A stretch of DNA of 64,000 nt. Source: Sulfolobales archaeon. GTDB lineage: Archaea > Thermoproteota > Thermoprotei_A > Sulfolobales > AG1. Position 1 is the first letter of the stretch, and each line of letters opens with the position of its first letter. Positions 61,839 through 64,000 of this stretch are shown here, piece after piece. The notes under the pieces were generated by a model. It saw only the letters and a program-made list of their open reading frames with translations, made no database searches and was not told the origin of the DNA. The DNA is taken from contig JAWBYA010000001.1 of NCBI GenBank assembly GCA_038867615.1, positions 256,001 to 320,000 of the forward strand. Reading direction: 5' to 3'. The translations under genes were made by a program, and so were the position numbers.

Positions 61839-61853
61839 GAAAGGAATATTAAA
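61839..61853 (+). promoter_or_regulatory. BRE-TATA promoter of tRNA-Trp
   Basis: gaaaggaa followed by TATTAAA about 40 bp upstream of the mature tRNA start. Confidence 0.6.
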
Positions 61854-61890
61854 CCTCTTGCCAAGAATACCTATTGGAGTGACCGGTAGT

Positions 61891-62026
61891 GGGCCCGTAG
61901 CTCAGCTAGGCAGAGCGGCGGGCTCCAGTTCACTACTACGGGTCTAGAGACCCCGTATGGGGGATGATAGGGAACTGGAGAGGAGAGACCCGTAGGTCGG
62001 GGGTTCAAATCCCCCCGGGCCCACCA
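61891..62026 (+). tRNA. tRNA-Trp (CCA) with 59-nt intron at 37/38 (61929-61987)
   Basis: Acceptor stem GGGCCCG/CGGGCCC plus ACCA, anticodon loop CT-CCA-G, T-loop GTTCAAATC; BHB central helix CTCC/GGAG. Confidence 0.93.
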
Positions 62027-62123
62027 CATCGACACAGAGCTCCTAACTAAACAGGGCTGTTTTCTTTTTATAGGGGAGATCTATGTTTTTGACATGTTTT
62101 ATTATCGAGATTGTTTTCCAGAT

Positions 62124-62552
62124 TCATGGTTTCTCATAGCATTCGATATCTATTGTTATTCTATCTCCTTCCCTGATTCCGTGTTTCTCCACAAGTTTTT
62201 CGCTTGAAACCACCTCGAGGATCTTTGGGTTATGTGAGGATCTATAGGGCCTTATTAAGAGAACCCTGGTATCTCCTATGAGTGCTCTCCATAGGTATAG
62301 CCCTCCATATGTTTTTCCCTCGAGGGTTATGTCTCCTATGGCCTCGTGTTCCGGGCATATTTTTCTAAGCCCCTCATAGCCTTCTAGATCCTCAGCCTCT
62401 ATGTTAAGGGTTCCTGGGTAGGGTTCTGTTCCGAGCCTCTCCCTAAAGATCTTCTTATAGATCTCCATGTTTAGAAAGAAACCAGATCTTCCTAAGCCCT
62501 TCACATACCTCCCCCTAAGCCTCACTCGATAAGAGGGACCAGCATGCTCCAT
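62124..62552 (-). CDS. ribK: CTP-dependent riboflavin kinase
   Basis: GLGRSGFF, PYPGTLN, P.RSSH..ILEVVS. Confidence 0.88.
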   Translation of the reverse strand: MEHAGPSYRVRLRGRYVKGLGRSGFFLNMEIYKKIFRERLGTEPYPGTLNIEAEDLEGYEGLRKICPEHEAIGDITLEGKTYGGLYLWRALIGDTRVLLIRPYRSSHNPKILEVVSSEKLVEKHGIREGDRITIDIECYEKP

Positions 62553-63339
62553 ATCTCCTCACCATGTTCTCTATATATTCTTGCTCGGTGAAATAGAGCT
62601 GTCCGAGGATTAGGATCGATTGGGGGAGTTTATCGATAACGATTTTAGAGAGGTCTTTGATTGATGCGTAACAGATCTTTTGGGATCTTGAGCCCAGGCC
62701 TGCGAGTCCCAGGGCTTTTCTATCCTCTAGATCTTTATCTCCTAGGTCTTTTGAGATCTTGAGGAGGGTTTCACAAGCCTCGTGGATCTTCATGTAGTAG
62801 CCTTTCTCAACATCCATCTCTAGGAGGAGCAATACGTGCATACCTTGATCCAGAGTCTTTCTAATCTTCCCATATATCTCGCCAGCCTCTTCAGAGCTCC
62901 TCGGCCTCACCATGGTCATAACCCTCCCAAACCTATAGATCATGAGGCCTGAGAAGCCGAGGGCTGCTGTGGCTATAGATATCCCCGGGATATATGTGTA
63001 GCTATGCCCCTTCCTAACAGCCTCACTGGCTATGTAGATATGGGTTGTAGCTGTAAGTGGATCGCCCCAGCTGGCTAGACAGACCTTCTCACCGTTATCA
63101 AGCCTTGTGAAGATCTCTATGGCCGATAGATCCTCAAGATCTCTTCTGGATAGCTTCTCAAAACCCTTACCGGCTAGGATCTCTATATCTTTTATAGACC
63201 CCTCTGAGGGGATGGATGTGTATTCCTCGTAGAAAACATGGTCGCAGGATCTCAGAGCCTCTATAGCCAGCATGCTCACCATGCTTGGCGAGAGGCCTAG
63301 TCCTACTATGTATAGATGTCCTTTCTTCACGCTCAACAT
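62515..63339 (-). CDS. dph5: Diphthine synthase
   Basis: LYIVGLGL, EEYTS, GDPLTATTH, YRFGR, H.LLLLE. Confidence 0.9.
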   Translation of the reverse strand: MLSVKKGHLYIVGLGLSPSMVSMLAIEALRSCDHVFYEEYTSIPSEGSIKDIEILAGKGFEKLSRRDLEDLSAIEIFTRLDNGEKVCLASWGDPLTATTHIYIASEAVRKGHSYTYIPGISIATAALGFSGLMIYRFGRVMTMVRPRSSEEAGEIYGKIRKTLDQGMHVLLLLEMDVEKGYYMKIHEACETLLKISKDLGDKDLEDRKALGLAGLGSRSQKICYASIKDLSKIVIDKLPQSILILGQLYFTEQEYIENMVRRYGACWSLLSSEA

Positions 63340-64000
63340 CTACACCTAGACTCGAGGATCTTCTTTATCAATGAAGAGGTTGAGAACCCCCCGATCTTCT
63401 CTCTAAGCTTGATAATCCTTACACCTTCAAGCCCTCTATCCCTGAGCTGTCTTGAGAGTGTTTCTTCGTCTACAAACTGATCCGGTCCCAAGAGGATCAA
63501 ATTCGGCTTTACAGCATCAACGCTTTTCAGGTAGTCTGTCTCATCTCCCAGGAAGGCTTTATAAACATACCTCACGGCCGAGACCACCTCAAGCCTTGTC
63601 ATCTCATCGTTCACGGGCTCATACCCCTTGAATCTCTTAACATTAGCATTCCTAGCCACGGTTACAAAAACCCTCCCATATTTTGAAGCCTCTCTGAGCA
63701 GGGCTATATGTCCTGGATGCAGTATGTCGAAAGTACCTCCGACAAAAACCCTGGGCTCTTCAACCCTCTGCCACTTGAAGCTAGATGCTCCGAGCATTCT
63801 GAGAGCATCTAGAAGACCCTCGGCGTAGGATATGTTTATAAGCCCGGTTATATAGTCACCCTTATCATAGCTATACTTGGCATCCTCATAGTACCTCTTA
63901 GCCATCTCTAGAACTTCTCTCTCACCCCTCCCGCCTGTGAAGTTCCTCTCAGCCTCCTCAACAGCTGCTCGGAAGCTGTTTAGATAGTTTCTAAGCCTTT
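63333..64000 (-). CDS. DUF357 plus cytidylyltransferase (FAD synthase RibL-like) fusion, 5' end outside window
   Basis: Frame stays open to the window edge; SYAEGLLDALR (DUF357), GGTFDILHPGH, LGPDQ, STSSL. Confidence 0.85.
   Translation of the reverse strand, partial: RLRNYLNSFRAAVEEAERNFTGGRGEREVLEMAKRYYEDAKYSYDKGDYITGLINISYAEGLLDALRMLGASSFKWQRVEEPRVFVGGTFDILHPGHIALLREASKYGRVFVTVARNANVKRFKGYEPVNDEMTRLEVVSAVRYVYKAFLGDETDYLKSVDAVKPNLILLGPDQFVDEETLSRQLRDRGLEGVRIIKLREKIGGFSTSSLIKKILESRCRC

Noticed and set aside
62027-62123. Integrated element at tRNA-Trp
   Set aside because: No integrase and no duplicated tRNA end were seen; the flanking genes are housekeeping.
434-63828. Many antisense Ser/Leu-rich ORFs in the track (for example 6136-6702, 9805-10431, 30407-30988, 56754-57308)
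   Set aside because: They are shadow frames of well-supported genes on the opposite strand.

Overview
A 64-kb chromosomal stretch from a thermophilic crenarchaeon (Thermoproteota, Desulfurococcales/Sulfolobales-like). The assignment rests on Alba, S24e/S27ae, the crenarchaeal splicing endonuclease, the PoK/PPS CoA pathway and a Dps-like thioferritin. Most of it is housekeeping: ilvE (partial), thrB, gatCAB, moeA, cobS/cbiB, pstSCAB-phoU, map, prefoldin beta, adenine deaminase, tatA, lipB/lipA/prpB, 2-oxoacid dehydrogenase E1 alpha/beta, valS, uppS, ubiX, endA, ribK, dph5, an intron-containing tRNA-Trp and a C/D-box sRNA. The unusual elements are: (1) a solitary cas6 with no array or other cas gene, divergent from a 237-bp non-coding element that recurs (13 mismatches) 8 kb away and looks like an orphan CRISPR leader or structured RNA; (2) a dispersed family of short elements (about 5.5, 33.6, 41.4 and 56.0 kb) resembling the 3' end/omegaRNA region of tnpB elements, one with its own promoter, a kink-turn and a terminal hairpin, while no tnpB is present; (3) an AT-rich ABC-ATPase plus Toprim-like gene pair next to a pyrimidine-dimer-glycosylase-like/macrodomain pair; (4) a 2058-aa surface-anchored protein with an internal hydrophobic helical bundle, divergent from a secreted hypothetical; (5) two genes whose conserved N-termini lack any canonical start codon. 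All family calls come from motif recognition by eye; no searches were run.
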